From NCBI RefSeq assembly GCF_006345805.1, contig NC_043012.1, forward strand, positions 48,546,001 to 48,610,000: a stretch of 64,000 bases of DNA. Direction: 5' to 3'. The translations under genes and the position numbers were made by a program. Positions 14,208 through 25,884 of the stretch are shown here, one piece after another; the stretch's first letter is position 1; the number at the start of each line of letters is the position of its first letter. The notes beneath the pieces are model-generated. The model was not told where the DNA came from, made no database searches, and saw nothing but the letters and a program-made list of their open reading frames with translations. The stretch comes from Octopus sinensis. Its lineage: Eukaryota.

Positions 14208-14365
14208 GTGGTTTTAAATTTTGCCACAAGGCCAGCAATTTCGCGGGTGGAGATAAGTCGGTTTCATCGACACTTGTGCTCAACTGGTACTTATTTTATA
14301 GACTCCGAAAGGATAAAAGGCAAAGTCAACCATGGCGGAATTTTATGTCAGAACGTAAAGACCGA
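14208..14365 (-). mobile_element. SINE-B 3' part
   Basis: Reverse complement of the ttgcctttcatcctttcggggtcgataaaataagtacc module. Confidence 0.8.
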
Positions 14366-14475
14366 TTAAATTTCTCTAAGCGTATTACAAAATCTTTCGC
14401 AGAAAGCATCTAAGACACTGTTAAACAAGTAAAACTTACGAGCAGTCTAAAGGCACATCTTGTCGATACAAAAAC

Positions 14476-14552
<77 letters not shown>

Positions 14553-14555
<3 letters not shown>

Positions 14556-14701
14556 TGATATAAGGTCACTATGTCGTACACTTATGGTTGGGATGCATGT
14601 GCCTGGTGTACTCATATCAGACGGGTACTCATGATGAGTATATTGGGTTCGTATATTTGCATCGCAGTATTACTTTGATGACATACATTGCTCTCTCATT
14701 C
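14553..14701. mobile_element. Truncated copy of repeat X
   Basis: Reverse complement of the gagtgagagagc...gatctcatatcaa end of X; lies between (GTA)n and (AAT)n. Confidence 0.8.
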
Positions 14702-14717
14702 AATAATAATAATAATA

Positions 14718-14769
<52 letters not shown>

Positions 14770-15005
14770 TATAATTATAATAATGATAATAATCCTTTCT
14801 ACTATAGGCACAAGTTCTGAAATGTTGGGGGTCAAGAACTAATCGTTTACACGTTTGATGCCTTGTGTCTAAGTAATAAAGCTACATTATTGGGGAGGGG
14901 GTAACATGTGCCATCTAGAAAGATGTAAATCTTGAGACAAGGCAATACTTCAGATGAATCAGCTGCTGAGGTAGAATTTTATCATTTAAACACTTTGCTC
15001 TAAAC

Positions 15006-15342
15006 CAGAGTTTCTCAACTTATCAGTGGACTCTTTTAATTATTGTTTTAATTTGGTGGACCCCTACAGCCATTCGATGCTTAAAAATTATCGAATCTTC
15101 TTTCAAAATTCTTATTTTGTTCATCACACATTAACTTGAGTAGGCTGAAATATGTAAAATGTTAGATAAAGAAATTTAACTGTTTCATGCAATTCATGTT
15201 TATACATACATCTAAAGCAAAATTTTTTCAGTAACCCTTAAAATACTATTGTGGGTCCTCGAATTACTATTTTGCTACATGGACCCCTAAAGATCTTATA
15301 TGAACCCTTGGGACCCATATAGACCTCGGTTGAGAACCACTG
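15006..15342. mobile_element. hAT (Charlie-like) MITE
   Basis: TIRs CAGAGTTTCTCAAC / GTTGAGAACCACTG; 8-bp TSD ctctaaac / ctctatac (1 mismatch). Confidence 0.85.
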
Positions 15343-16893
15343 CTCTATACAATCTAGTTGATATTGTTGCATCACAAGTTAGCACAAATCACTTGCTGTA
15401 GTTAGAGGCAGCACTATATCATGGCGAAATGTTTCGTTGGAAAAGAAAAACTGTTGAAATACTGTGAAGCTTGGTGATATCATATCTCATAATATAAACG
15501 GTTGAAATTAGAACTAATTGTTTAGAGATGAATTTCGACATAATAGTATCGTAGATCTCACGATTAACAAAATATGTAACGATACAACTTTTCAGTGAGA
15601 ATATATTTCATTTCAATAGTTTCAATGATATATTTATTGATTTATTGAGTTGATTGCTATCTTCAGGAATTAATTCTACATTCTTTTTCCTGTATATTGT
15701 CTTAGTATTTTTTCCCTCCTGTGGGAAATACATTAGGTCTCTTGTAACATGTAACATGATTTAAGCCTAGCACTACAATATATTAACCAGTTTTTATTTT
15801 TATTTTTGTTGAAACCCAGACAATCTAATAAAATTACATTGTAATTATTATGTAAGTCATTTATTGTGTTAATCACCTGGCTTGTCAGTTACTGGCGCTT
15901 CCGTTATGTAACTTAGCGTCCCAAGCCATATTGAGGCAACCCATCAAGAGCATCGACATCAGCGTAAAATAAAGTAAGCAATAATGTAAATCACCAACAA
16001 CAATAACAACAAGATTATCTGTTGCTGTAATTGTTTTTGTAATCAATGTTCATTTTCAGTTTCTTGGAAACCGTTAAATTAGAATTTCTCACGTTAGAAG
16101 CATTGTTTTCTTGCTTCCATTCTTAATCTACTTTCTTATTACTTTCTTTTGATTTTTGGCTGAGCACAATGTGTCAGGTTTATGTGACAGGAGTTTAGTG
16201 TTCTTTGACGTTCATTCCAAGAACAATAGACACAGTTTTAATTGGGAATCAAAGCTGTGTCCAGAGCTGTCTTCAATTCAACAGAATTCACATCTTTATG
16301 CTACATTATTTATAAAGGTTTCTTTTTGACGAGAAATCAAGGCGAGAAATGGAAAGGAATAATGTGGTGTTTCATGATTTTTTCATAAATTTATCAATAG
16401 ATTTGCCTTTTTATTGAAACCTGCTGTTTCCACCTCGGAAATTCTGTTTCAATAATTCAACGCTTTTCAAACCATTCTTTAGTGCCTTGCTTTATGCCAA
16501 ATTCATTTCTCTCAGCTCGTCTTTAACTGTTCCACACCAGCTATTCTCCGGCTGTTCATGATTTTGCTCTACGGGTAGGGTCCGTCTACGTGTTATCTTT
16601 AGTACCTTATTCCGATTCATTCTGGGTGCGTGATAGAGCACCCGACTGAATGATTTACGATATTTAGTTACATCTCTTTGCGTTCTGGATTCAAATACCT
16701 TCTGAATTGACTGTTGATTTCCATTATTGGTGGGAGGGATTCGATTGAATATGTCGTAAACATGGAGCTTAGTAAATTCTTTACTGCACCCTTATGACAA
16801 ATAGTCACCTGGCATTGTCAGACTGAAAAGCATTCGAATGACGTTCTTATAACTTACTCAATTCACCGTCTTTGCATTCTTTCTCTCTTCAAG

Positions 16894-16929
16894 CACTGGC
16901 GTTTGATGGAGACATGGCTGTCCTCAATA
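16894..16929 (+). CDS. Candidate 36-nt cassette exon, phase 1: (A)LAFDGDMAVLN
   Basis: tttgcattctttctctcttcaag acceptor, ATA|gtaatg donor (moderate). Splice signals only. Confidence 0.2.
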
Positions 16930-17029
16930 GTAATGTTGCTTATAAGTTGGTTTTATTTGTTTTGTTTTTTCGTACTATTTTATTTACTATTCTGATTCTT
17001 GTTACTAAGCTCATTGTTTTGGCAAATTA

Positions 17030-17243
17030 GTCAAAGCCAAACTAAATGCCGGGTGATATTTAATGAAAACCCTCTACTTTCTGAGGTAGAATCTGAGTGA
17101 AGTCTGCTTTACCTTTTTTATCCTTCTGGATTCAACAAAATATAAGAACTGAGGTCGATTTAATCGACTAACTGCTTTCCCAAAACTTCAGGCCTTGTGC
17201 CTATAGTACAAAGGATTATCATTATTATTATTGTTGTTGTTAC

Positions 17244-17316
<73 letters not shown>

Positions 17317-17905
17317 GCTCTGAGTTAACCTTTTGCCTTTCATCCTTTCGGGGTCGATAAAATAAGTACCATTTGAACACTGAGGTTGATGTACTCGACT
17401 TACCCCACCCACAAAATTTCAGGCTGTGTACCTATAGTAGAAAGTATTATTACTATTATGCTTGTTGTTAAGGCACTTGGATTGCGGAATCGTTATCGCA
17501 TCAGACGAAATGCCTAACAGCATTTCATCCGACTCTGTGCCAAGCTCAAATCCCGCCGAAGGCAACTTTGCTTTTTCTTCCTTCCGATATCGATAAAATA
17601 TATTTGAAGTTAAGTACTGGGCTTCATATACTTGACTTACCATCCACTCCCTCATTAACATTGCTGACCTTGTGCCAAAATTTGAAAGAATTATTATTGT
17701 TTTTATGAACGGCGGGCAAATAGCAAAAACGTTAAAGTGTCCGGCAAAATGCAACGGTGTACTTCTGGCAATTTACGCTGAGTTCAAATCGTGCTGCGAT
17801 TTTACCTGGGTCGACAAAATAAAGTACCAGGGAAGGACTTGGGTTGAAGTTATTGAGTAATGCCCTCATGCCAAAATTGCTGGCTTTGTGCCAAATCAGG
17901 AACAA
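17030..17905 (+). mobile_element. Four head-to-tail SINE-B copies or fragments separated by (ATT)n or short A/T spacers
   Basis: Repeated module gcctttcatcc...gtcgataaaataagtacc...ggcYttgtgcc at about 17030, 17318, 17480 and 17710. Confidence 0.8.
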
Positions 17906-18593
17906 ATATTGTTTTTGTTATTAATATAGTACTTGCTGCCGTTGCAGTAGAAAGCAGTTGTTGTTCCTTTGATACAAGAGATCAGTCACCAGGCCATATA
18001 ACACTTACTTAAAACCCTTGAAGGAAAATTGCAAATGGCTACCGAGAAAATAGAGGCTTTTACTTCCTAGTCAGTGTACAATACAGTGTAAGTGTGTACC
18101 AGTTTCAAATAGTAGAGTGACAGGAGGTAGAGGGTGGAGGAAGAGGGGGGTACTTACTAAGAATTAGAAACAAATAAACAAAGTATAAAGAAAATCTCTT
18201 ACTAATCAACATCCTATTTCGAAATTGTTTGAAGAGCAAGACGGCTATATCTTAGTCACGTGCTCACTACTTTAAATATTCAGAATGTTCAACTCCACCA
18301 CCGCCACCTTGATTAAAAGACAAATTAGTATTCAGTCGAGTGGCATACACAAAAGTAACACAATCATGTGTGTGCGTTTGCATAGATATATGCATACACA
18401 CATACGTATATAGGAGCATTCACACATACGTATATAAGCCAAAGAAAATCACACAGCCATCCTAATTATAGTAAAACTTCAGTTTAATTGTATCTATAAA
18501 CGTAAGCCAACTGGTACCAGCAATCACTCTTTACTGTTAAGTTCATTGTTATAATTGCTGCTTTGTAAATATAGAACGGCATGCAGTACTCAC

Positions 18594-18602
18594 GTGTTTG
18601 CA
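18594..18602 (-). CDS. Candidate 9-nt microexon TGCAAACAC
   Basis: About 100-nt pyrimidine tract, ctaat branch-like motif, ccaccatcag|TGCAAACAC|gtgagt. Confidence 0.2.
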
Positions 18603-18879
18603 CTGATGGTGGGTGAAACAGAATTAGTGAGATGGTGAGGGAGACAGGGAAATAGGGTGTGTGTGAGAGAGAAAGAGAAATAAAACGAGAAAAAGTGAGT
18701 GAAAGAGACTGAGAGAGGAACGAAGAGAAAGTCAAGTCTCACTGAAAAAATTTCGTCCGTTTTAAGCATGTCATTCTCTAAGTGTCTGATTCATAGATTT
18801 TCCTGTTTGTTGGTTGGTCGGTTGGTGAGTTATTGTTCTTTTGTAGATTTAGCATTTTTTTTCTTGTTTTTTGCCATTG

Positions 18880-19080
18880 TTATTTAACCCCTGGTTAAAC
18901 CTGATTAAGTTAACTTATGATCAAACGCATTCCGCTCATGACAACTCACCTATTTATTCAGATCTAGAACAACGAAAGTCATCATATTCATTGTTACTAT
19001 CCTTTCTGAAAATGGTAAGGTGTGATTTAAGGGAGACTTGACGGTTATTTCAAACAAGCCGAGTAACCGAAAAGATTTTG
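18880..19080 (+). repeat. Old interspersed repeat Y (also about 11670-11910 on -, 29225-29420, 53510-53700, 63800-63990)
   Basis: Recurring motifs gcattcc...catgac and aaggtgtgatttRaggga. Confidence 0.45.
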
Positions 19081-20019
19081 TTATTGTCGTTATTTAGGTT
19101 CCGGTGAATCTCTTACACCAGGAATATATATGATCAAAAACCATGCTTGATAAGACCATTCCAATATTTTAAGAATATCTACATTATCGAAAACAGACAC
19201 CCTGGCGATGTCTAACCGCTAAGATTTTTTTCTCCTTGGATATGGATATCAGGTCCTCATCAGATTCCGAACCACAACTTGACGTTCAAGAAACAGAAGA
19301 TCAGCATAATACTGTGAATGGCGGTTAGAACCACGCAGATCCATGCCTTTTCATCCCCTGTGTCAAAATGGAATCACCAATATTGATACTGCCGATACAT
19401 CTGAAAGAGATTTAACGAAGTTAAAATTTGCTGTACATCGTGTAACATTACGTTAATTCAACTCCCGTTATGGCAAGCTGAATTTTGTGTTCACAAATAT
19501 TTAGCGCACACTATATTGTGTCCTTCCTTTAAAAGCAGTGTGTAATTTGAGAATGACTTCTAACCAACCCCGTTGATCACCTAGAGGCTCCCACATCAAA
19601 TAGGTTTCCTACATTTTTCTAAATTTCACCAGCTGATCAGTAAGTACGCGGCTGTTGTTTCAAATACTGGCATCTCGGCAGATGACATGGAAAAACTGGC
19701 CAAATGGCAAACTACCAGACAATGAAATAATCGTATGAAATAGTTTTATTTTTATATTGTGAAGATACATCAGAGATAAAATGGATATGCTACTAGACTA
19801 TTAGCCCTTAATTAATGACTTACGTTACTTGCAAAAAGCTTTATTCGCCAACATATATATACACTTACTTTTTCTATTCGCCTGTCATTAACTAATCCGA
19901 TATTCTAAGAATAGAAACAATTATCATTTACTGCCTATCATACCGCTTCAAAATACAGCCAATATATATGTGTGAGTAGGTATGAGTGTGTGTATGTATA
20001 TTTATATATATATATATAG

Positions 20020-20190
20020 GGGGAGAATTCTCAAAAAAGAAACAAAAGACGAAGACAGGTGGCGTAGAAAACAAGCAGATGTATTAGTATAACGCTCGGG
20101 GAGTGAAAATGTCTTTAACGTTTCGAGCCTACGCTTTTCCACAGAAAGGAACACTGAAAGAAACAATATATATGATTATAAGGATATATA
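20020..20190 (-). mobile_element. Penelope-like repeat PLE-B with variant hammerhead motif
   Basis: The - strand reads CUUU-CUGUGGA-A-AAGC-GUAG-GCUC-GAAACGUU-AAAG. Confidence 0.5.
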
Positions 20191-20429
20191 TATATATATA
20201 TATATAATATATATATATATATCATTATAATCAAGGATAAAATCTGTATAGGATAGTTTTAGAGCCATTTGGCATCTACTTCTAGCATGTGGAGCTACCC
20301 AGTAGTTGCCCTTATTATAATTATACACACACATATGTATATATTTATATATTATATATGTATGTATTTGTGTGTGTGTGTCTGTGTGTGTGTACGTATA
20401 GGTACAAATATGTATATATAATATGCAGG

Positions 20430-20860
20430 TTTTTATGTGCGGTAAGAAGTTTGTTTCCCGACCGCATGGTTTGGCGTTCGGTCTCACTGCCTAGTACTTT
20501 GGGCAATTGTCTTTTACTATAGCCTCTGGCCGATTAAAACCTTGTGTGTGGATTTGGTAAACGGAAAGGGGAAAAAAACCTTCGTATGTGCGTGTGTGCG
20601 TGTGTGTGTGTCTGTGTGCGTGTGTGTGTGTCTGTGTGCGTGTGTGTGTGTGTGTGTCTGTGTGCGTGTGTGCGCGCGTGTTTGTGTTTGCTTTTTGCAA
20701 TCGATATTGATGTGTTTGCGTCCACGTAACCGAGCAGTTCGGCAAAAATGAATGATAGAATAAAGTACCAATTATTTATTAAATAAGTACAGGAATCGAT
20801 TAGTACTGCTAAAATTCTGCCAAAATGGTCGCAGTCCAATGACCGAAACAAGAAAAAGAC
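20430..20860 (+). mobile_element. SINE-A (diverged)
   Basis: Head, internal TG microsatellite and tail are recognisable. Confidence 0.8.
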
Positions 20861-21100
20861 AAAATGTAGCCCAATTCTTTGCTTATACTTTCTTAATCAA
20901 TATATGTTCCATAATGTATTAAATACAATCTGTATTATTGCATATTGTAAATTTATATATTGAGTGCTGTGTGATGGAAACAATATATGTTTTTATGTCA
21001 TCCAATGCGTGTCTGTGGATATATATGTGGCAGGGTGTACATGAAGCCTTGCTGTGAAACATAAACAAATGTAAATATATCATATTCTCTTTGCGCACAG

Positions 21101-21109
21101 AAAGATCAG
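21101..21109 (+). CDS. Candidate 9-nt microexon AAAGATCAG
   Basis: catattctcttTGCgcacag|AAAGATCAG|gtgagg; strong donor, TGC close to the 3' splice site. Confidence 0.3.
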
Positions 21110-21504
21110 GTGAGGTCGCTTTTAAAAATTGCACTGCCCGTTGAGTATTCGTATGCTGTGTTTCTGTCCACGATGACGCTTTATAGCAATCGGTATTTAT
21201 TTCAAACTTGAGAGAAACTGAAACAGATTAACTGAAATTATAGATTTAACTTCAAGAAATCTATCTTAGATTAAATAAATACTGTGTTGTGCATAACATA
21301 TTTGTCTCCTATTTATTTGCATTTGCACGTTTTAAAACGAAGTGGAGAAGTAATGCTTTGTTGGACTTTTCAAACTTAAGTAGACACCTTAGACGAAAGT
21401 AGATTTCTTAGACCGGAGTAAAAAACCAGGGCCCATAGTCCTTTTTGGAGATTGGGCGTTAAGTACTACCGACGTAAGGAAAGAAACTTTAGAAGTGACT
21501 ATAT

Positions 21505-21922
21505 TACTCTTTACTCTTTTACTTGCTTCAGTCATTTGACTGCGGCCATGGTGGAGCACTGCCTTTAATCAAGCAACTCGACCCTAGGACTTATTCTTTG
21601 TAAGCCCAGTACTTATTCTATCGGTTTCTTTTGCCGAACCGCTTAGTGACGGGGACATAAACACACCAGCATCGGTTGTCAAGCAATGCTAGGGGGACAA
21701 ACACAGACATACAAACACACACACACATACACATACATACATATATATACATATATATGACGGGCTTCTTTCAGTTTCCGTCTACCAAATCCACTCACAA
21801 GGCTTTGGTTGGCCCGAGGCTATAATAGAAGACATTTGCCCAAGGTACCACGCAGTGGGACTGAACCCGGATCCATGTGGTTGGTAAACAAGCTACCTAC
21901 CACACAGCCACTCCTGCGCCTA
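21505..21922 (-). mobile_element. SINE-A, full length
   Basis: Complete head-body-microsatellite-tail structure. Confidence 0.92.
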
Positions 21923-22071
21923 TTGTGTATATTTAATCAGGGTTGGTATATACCTTACTATTAGAGAGCAACTGGGGCTTTTCTTCAGGCAATAAAAGAA
22001 ACAAGATGTGGCTGGAATACATCAGTGCTACTGTATTGATAAGTGAAGGTTTCCTTTCGGTTTTCTTTAAG

Positions 22072-22089
22072 ATACAACTGCACTCACAG
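22072..22089 (+). CDS. Candidate 18-nt microexon
   Basis: ttcctttcggttttctttaag|ATACAACTGCACTCACAG|gtatac. Confidence 0.2.
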
Positions 22090-22622
22090 GTATACAATAG
22101 AAGCACGCTAATGAAGAAATTGCTAGTGGTTTGTACGATGCTATCGACTGTGCAAATGTTTGGTCATTTTCTGGAAGTCCTATAGAAATATATTCACAAT
22201 TTTGTGCATTATACGTGTGGTTGCTACGATAAGTAGTTAGGAATTATAAAAGTATTTGTAAAGACTTTGAAGATTTAAGTGGTTAGACTGTACGGGAGAG
22301 AGTAGTTTTGTAAGTGGGTCTCCTTCATAAGTGTAGTGATTGTGCTTTTGCTTCTGCTGAACTGTACTTGAGGAAGTTTTTTTTTTAATAAGTATGTGGG
22401 TGTATATAACTCAAATACCTACATACATACATATATATAAATACTTACATATATGTGGGTGTGCGTGTGTATGTACTATATATACATTCATATATAATAT
22501 ATAAATATATACATATGTGTGTGTATAAATATAATAAGGGCAACTACTGGGTAGCTCCACATCCTAGAAGTAGATGCCAAATGGGTCTAAAACTATCCTA
22601 TACAGATTTTATCCTTGATATA

Positions 22623-22674
<52 letters not shown>

Positions 22675-22816
22675 TTATAATCATATATATTGTTCTTTCT
22701 GTGTTCTTTTCTGTGGAAGAGCGTACCAGTTACGCAGTGAGGTCGATGTAATCGACTTAATCCGTTTGTCTGTCCTTGTTGTCCCTTCTGTGTTTAGCCC
22801 CTTGTGGGTAGTAAAG

Positions 22817-22875
<59 letters not shown>

Positions 22876-23004
22876 ATGAATGATATTATTAATATTATTA
22901 TAATTGTCATTAACGAGGCGGCGAGCCTCTCTTAATCTTTTTCGTTCTGTGGACTATCCTCTTGTGTGTGTGTGTGTGTGTGTACACACACACATATATG
23001 TATA

Positions 23005-23055
<51 letters not shown>

Positions 23056-23139
23056 TTTGTAAACTCGTCTTTAGCATTCAATTTCTTGGTAATACCCAGT
23101 GAAAAGATCTTAAATGTTGTTCTTGTTAATATTGTCATC

Positions 23140-23345
23140 ATTAAAGCTGGTAGCAGGCAGAATCGTTAGTACCTAGCGGCATTTCGTCCGTCTTTACGTT
23201 CTCCATTCGAATCCACCGACGTCGACTTTGCCTTTTAACCTTTCGAAGTCTATGAAATAAGTATCATGAATACTGGGATCGATGTAGCCGACTTGACCCC
23301 TTTCCCGAACCTGCCGGCTTTGTGCCAAAATTAGAAACCGATATT
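23140..23345 (+). mobile_element. SINE-B
   Basis: gctggtagcaggcagaatcgttag...gtcgactttgcc...ttgtgccaaaattagaaacc. Confidence 0.8.
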
Positions 23346-23750
23346 ATCATCATTTCGTTGGCATTGCCAATAGGTTGACAAAATATGTTACACAATGCCA
23401 CATGTGCTAAACATTTTGTCCTCTCAGTTTAAATCCCTACCCAGTAAGTATTACCATTCAACATTCCAGGTTCGATAAAATCTAAAGAAAGGCTCACAAA
23501 ATCAAATAAGTTAGTACCTATTTAACAATATGTCATTCATAATGGTAAATATATACGCCATGGTACTCAGCTTTTGATGTATTTAGCAAAACAAATCAAA
23601 AGCCTCAGTTCACTGCAAATGACTGTTATCAAACTGAACTTCTCCCTTACATTTCTTATCAAGTATTATTATGAGCGCTAATTTTATTTATTTCCTTTGA
23701 TTTTATTTACAAGTGCCATTCTGATAAATTAAACATTTTTTCCGTTGTAG

Positions 23751-23786
23751 CTTTCGCCTTTGAGCATCTAAATCCCCATCGCTTCA
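23751..23786 (+). CDS. Candidate 36-nt cassette exon, phase 1: (A)FAFEHLNPHRF
   Basis: aaacattttttccgttgtag acceptor, TCA|gtaaga donor; only phase 1 is open. Confidence 0.3.
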
Positions 23787-24052
23787 GTAAGATTACTCGA
23801 CTATTCAGATTGATGTTGCACATGAAATATCACATTTTTAATTACCTGTTATTTCAAGGATTTAAAAACTCAATTATGTATATATTGCATTTAATCTTGA
23901 CTCTTTTTCTTTCCCAACAATGTTGGTATACAAAATTCGCACCCACAAACCTAATGAAAATGATAACAACCAAACTATGTTGAGTAATTTTCTCGTATGA
24001 GTACATACTGGGTCACTCTGCCGTAGAAGCTCTACGGAATATCAAGCAGGCC

Positions 24053-24152
24053 NNNNNNNNNNNNNNNNNNNNNNNNNNNNNNNNNNNNNNNNNNNNNNNN
24101 NNNNNNNNNNNNNNNNNNNNNNNNNNNNNNNNNNNNNNNNNNNNNNNNNNNN
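24053..24152. other. Assembly gap (100 N)
   Basis: Run of n. Confidence 1.
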
Positions 24153-24505
24153 AGTAGTCTGGAACCCCTTGGGGTGTACCTTTTTTATGAGAGCTCAAAA
24201 TCTCTCGTGGAAGCGTCATCCAACCAAAATGGGGAACTACCACCTGTGTCATCTCTCGTGAAAGGTAGGAGAGTCCAGTTTACTGGACATTGTTGTAGAG
24301 CTGAAAACGAAGTCATTTCTACTCTTCTCCTCCGGAAGCCATCTACACGCGATACCAGAGGGCGCACACTCTCCTACCCTGATGTAATCTCCAGGTATAC
24401 AGGTATCCAGCAACAGGACCTCCGTAATGCTATGATGGACCGTGAAGTGTGGCGTAGCATAGTAAATTCCATTGTCTCGACCACGGTCGAACAATGATGA
24501 TGATG
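24153..24505 (+). mobile_element. RTE-like LINE 3' end
   Basis: GELPPVSSLVKGRRVQFTGHCCR...DLRNAMMDREVWRSIV followed by a (TGA)n tail; typical RTE C-terminus. Confidence 0.8.
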
Positions 24506-25021
24506 AAGGGGTGTACCGGTCCCTGTTCAAGAAGTAATTCTCCCCTTTATTAGTTTGTATCAGGCTTGTTAGTGGTAATAGTAAATCATGTTGTTCAATG
24601 ATAAGTTGCTATTCACAACTAATTGTTTGCGTAAAAGCTCTGGTAGCACCAAGCGGCAGTCCTCGTTGACGTTGACAAATTTAACTGGACCGTTTGGTAG
24701 TTGTTATAGAACACTTTTTCTTTGAATTATTCTACATTCCTTATAGTCATGTGGTATTTTAAATAGATTTCAGCGTTGATTGCCCTATTTAAATTGTGAT
24801 GGAAATAGTAGTGGGTGATTACAGGTCAGTAGGCACCATGTGGTTATGAGAAGCTGCAGGAAGAAGAGTTTATGCACTTAAGACACACTCCTTTTCTTAG
24901 ACCGTCTATCAAAACGCAAAGACCCGAATAAATAACATCCATCGATCCATCCACACACGCACGCACACACATACGCACACACATACACACACGCACACTC
25001 ATATACATGCATGCACACGCT

Positions 25022-25330
25022 CGTGGGTCCGCTGAAAAGTTCATAGGCTGACCAAGATACACTCACGTGACAAAACGAGGTTTATTTTTCAACATAGTTA
25101 GGCTTTCGGTCCCTGTCACTTCTTCCATCGGGTGTGCAGTGCTTGGATCCTATTTTTGAAAAAGCTTTCATTTCGTTGGTGCAAAAAGTCATCAGCAGAT
25201 ATGACGTCATCATCACTGCGATACTGGTTCCCAGCCAAGTATTTTTCATGATGGGGAACAGATGGTAGTCAATGGGGCCAAATCAGGAAAATAGGAAGGC
25301 TGATTAACCAGTTCAAATCCACAGTCACAC
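25022..25330 (-). mobile_element. Mariner 3' end fragment with TIR
   Basis: Terminal cgtgggtccgctgaaaagttc; the - strand encodes a PDLAP-like motif, LAGNQYRSDDDVI and YVEK*. Confidence 0.8.
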
Positions 25331-25331
25331 A

Positions 25332-25754
25332 CAGGAGTGGCTGTGTGGTAAGTAGCTTGCTTACCAATCACATGGTTCCGAGTTCAGTCCCACTGCGTGG
25401 CACCTTCGGCAAATGTCTTCTACTATAGCCTCGGGCTGAACAAAGCCTTGTGAGTGGATTTGGTAGACGGAAACTGAAAAGAAGCCCGTCGTATATATGT
25501 ATATGTGTATATGTATATATATGTGTGTGTGTGTTTGTGTGTCTGTGTTTGTCCCCCGAACATCACTTGACAACCGATGCTGGTGTGTTTATGTCCCCCC
25601 GTAACTTAGCGGTTCGGCAAAAGAGACCGATGGAATAAGTACTAGGCTTACAAAGAATAAGTCCTGAGGTCGATTTGCTCGACTAAAGGCGGTGCTCCAG
25701 CATGGCCGCAGTTAAATGACTGAAACAAGTAAAAGAGTAAAAGAGTAAAAAGAG
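25332..25754 (+). mobile_element. SINE-A, full length, unoccupied target site
   Basis: aggagtggctgtgtggtaagtagcttgcttaccaatcacatgg... to the gtaaaagag tail. Confidence 0.92.
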
Positions 25755-25884
25755 TATGCACTGGAACCAAGGACTTGCCAGGTGGATCAAATAAGTCCTT
25801 ATTCGGGATTTTTTCATATCTTCGTCGCCTGAATGAATACACAAAAACGAGACTCTCAGTAGCAACAATGTAATTAGCATCTTC

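Noticed and set aside
19230-19410. Short peptides on both strands (SSSDSEPQLDVQETEDQ on +, hydrophobic on -)
   Set aside because: Splice signals and frames conflict; could be a decayed transposon.
19633-19639. 7-nt segment with a strong acceptor and GTAAGT donor (+)
   Set aside because: Frame-shifting and incompatible with the other candidates; no further support.
24774-24824. 51-nt AG/GT-bounded 3n segment (+)
   Set aside because: Stops in all three frames; shows that good-looking pseudo-exons arise by chance here.
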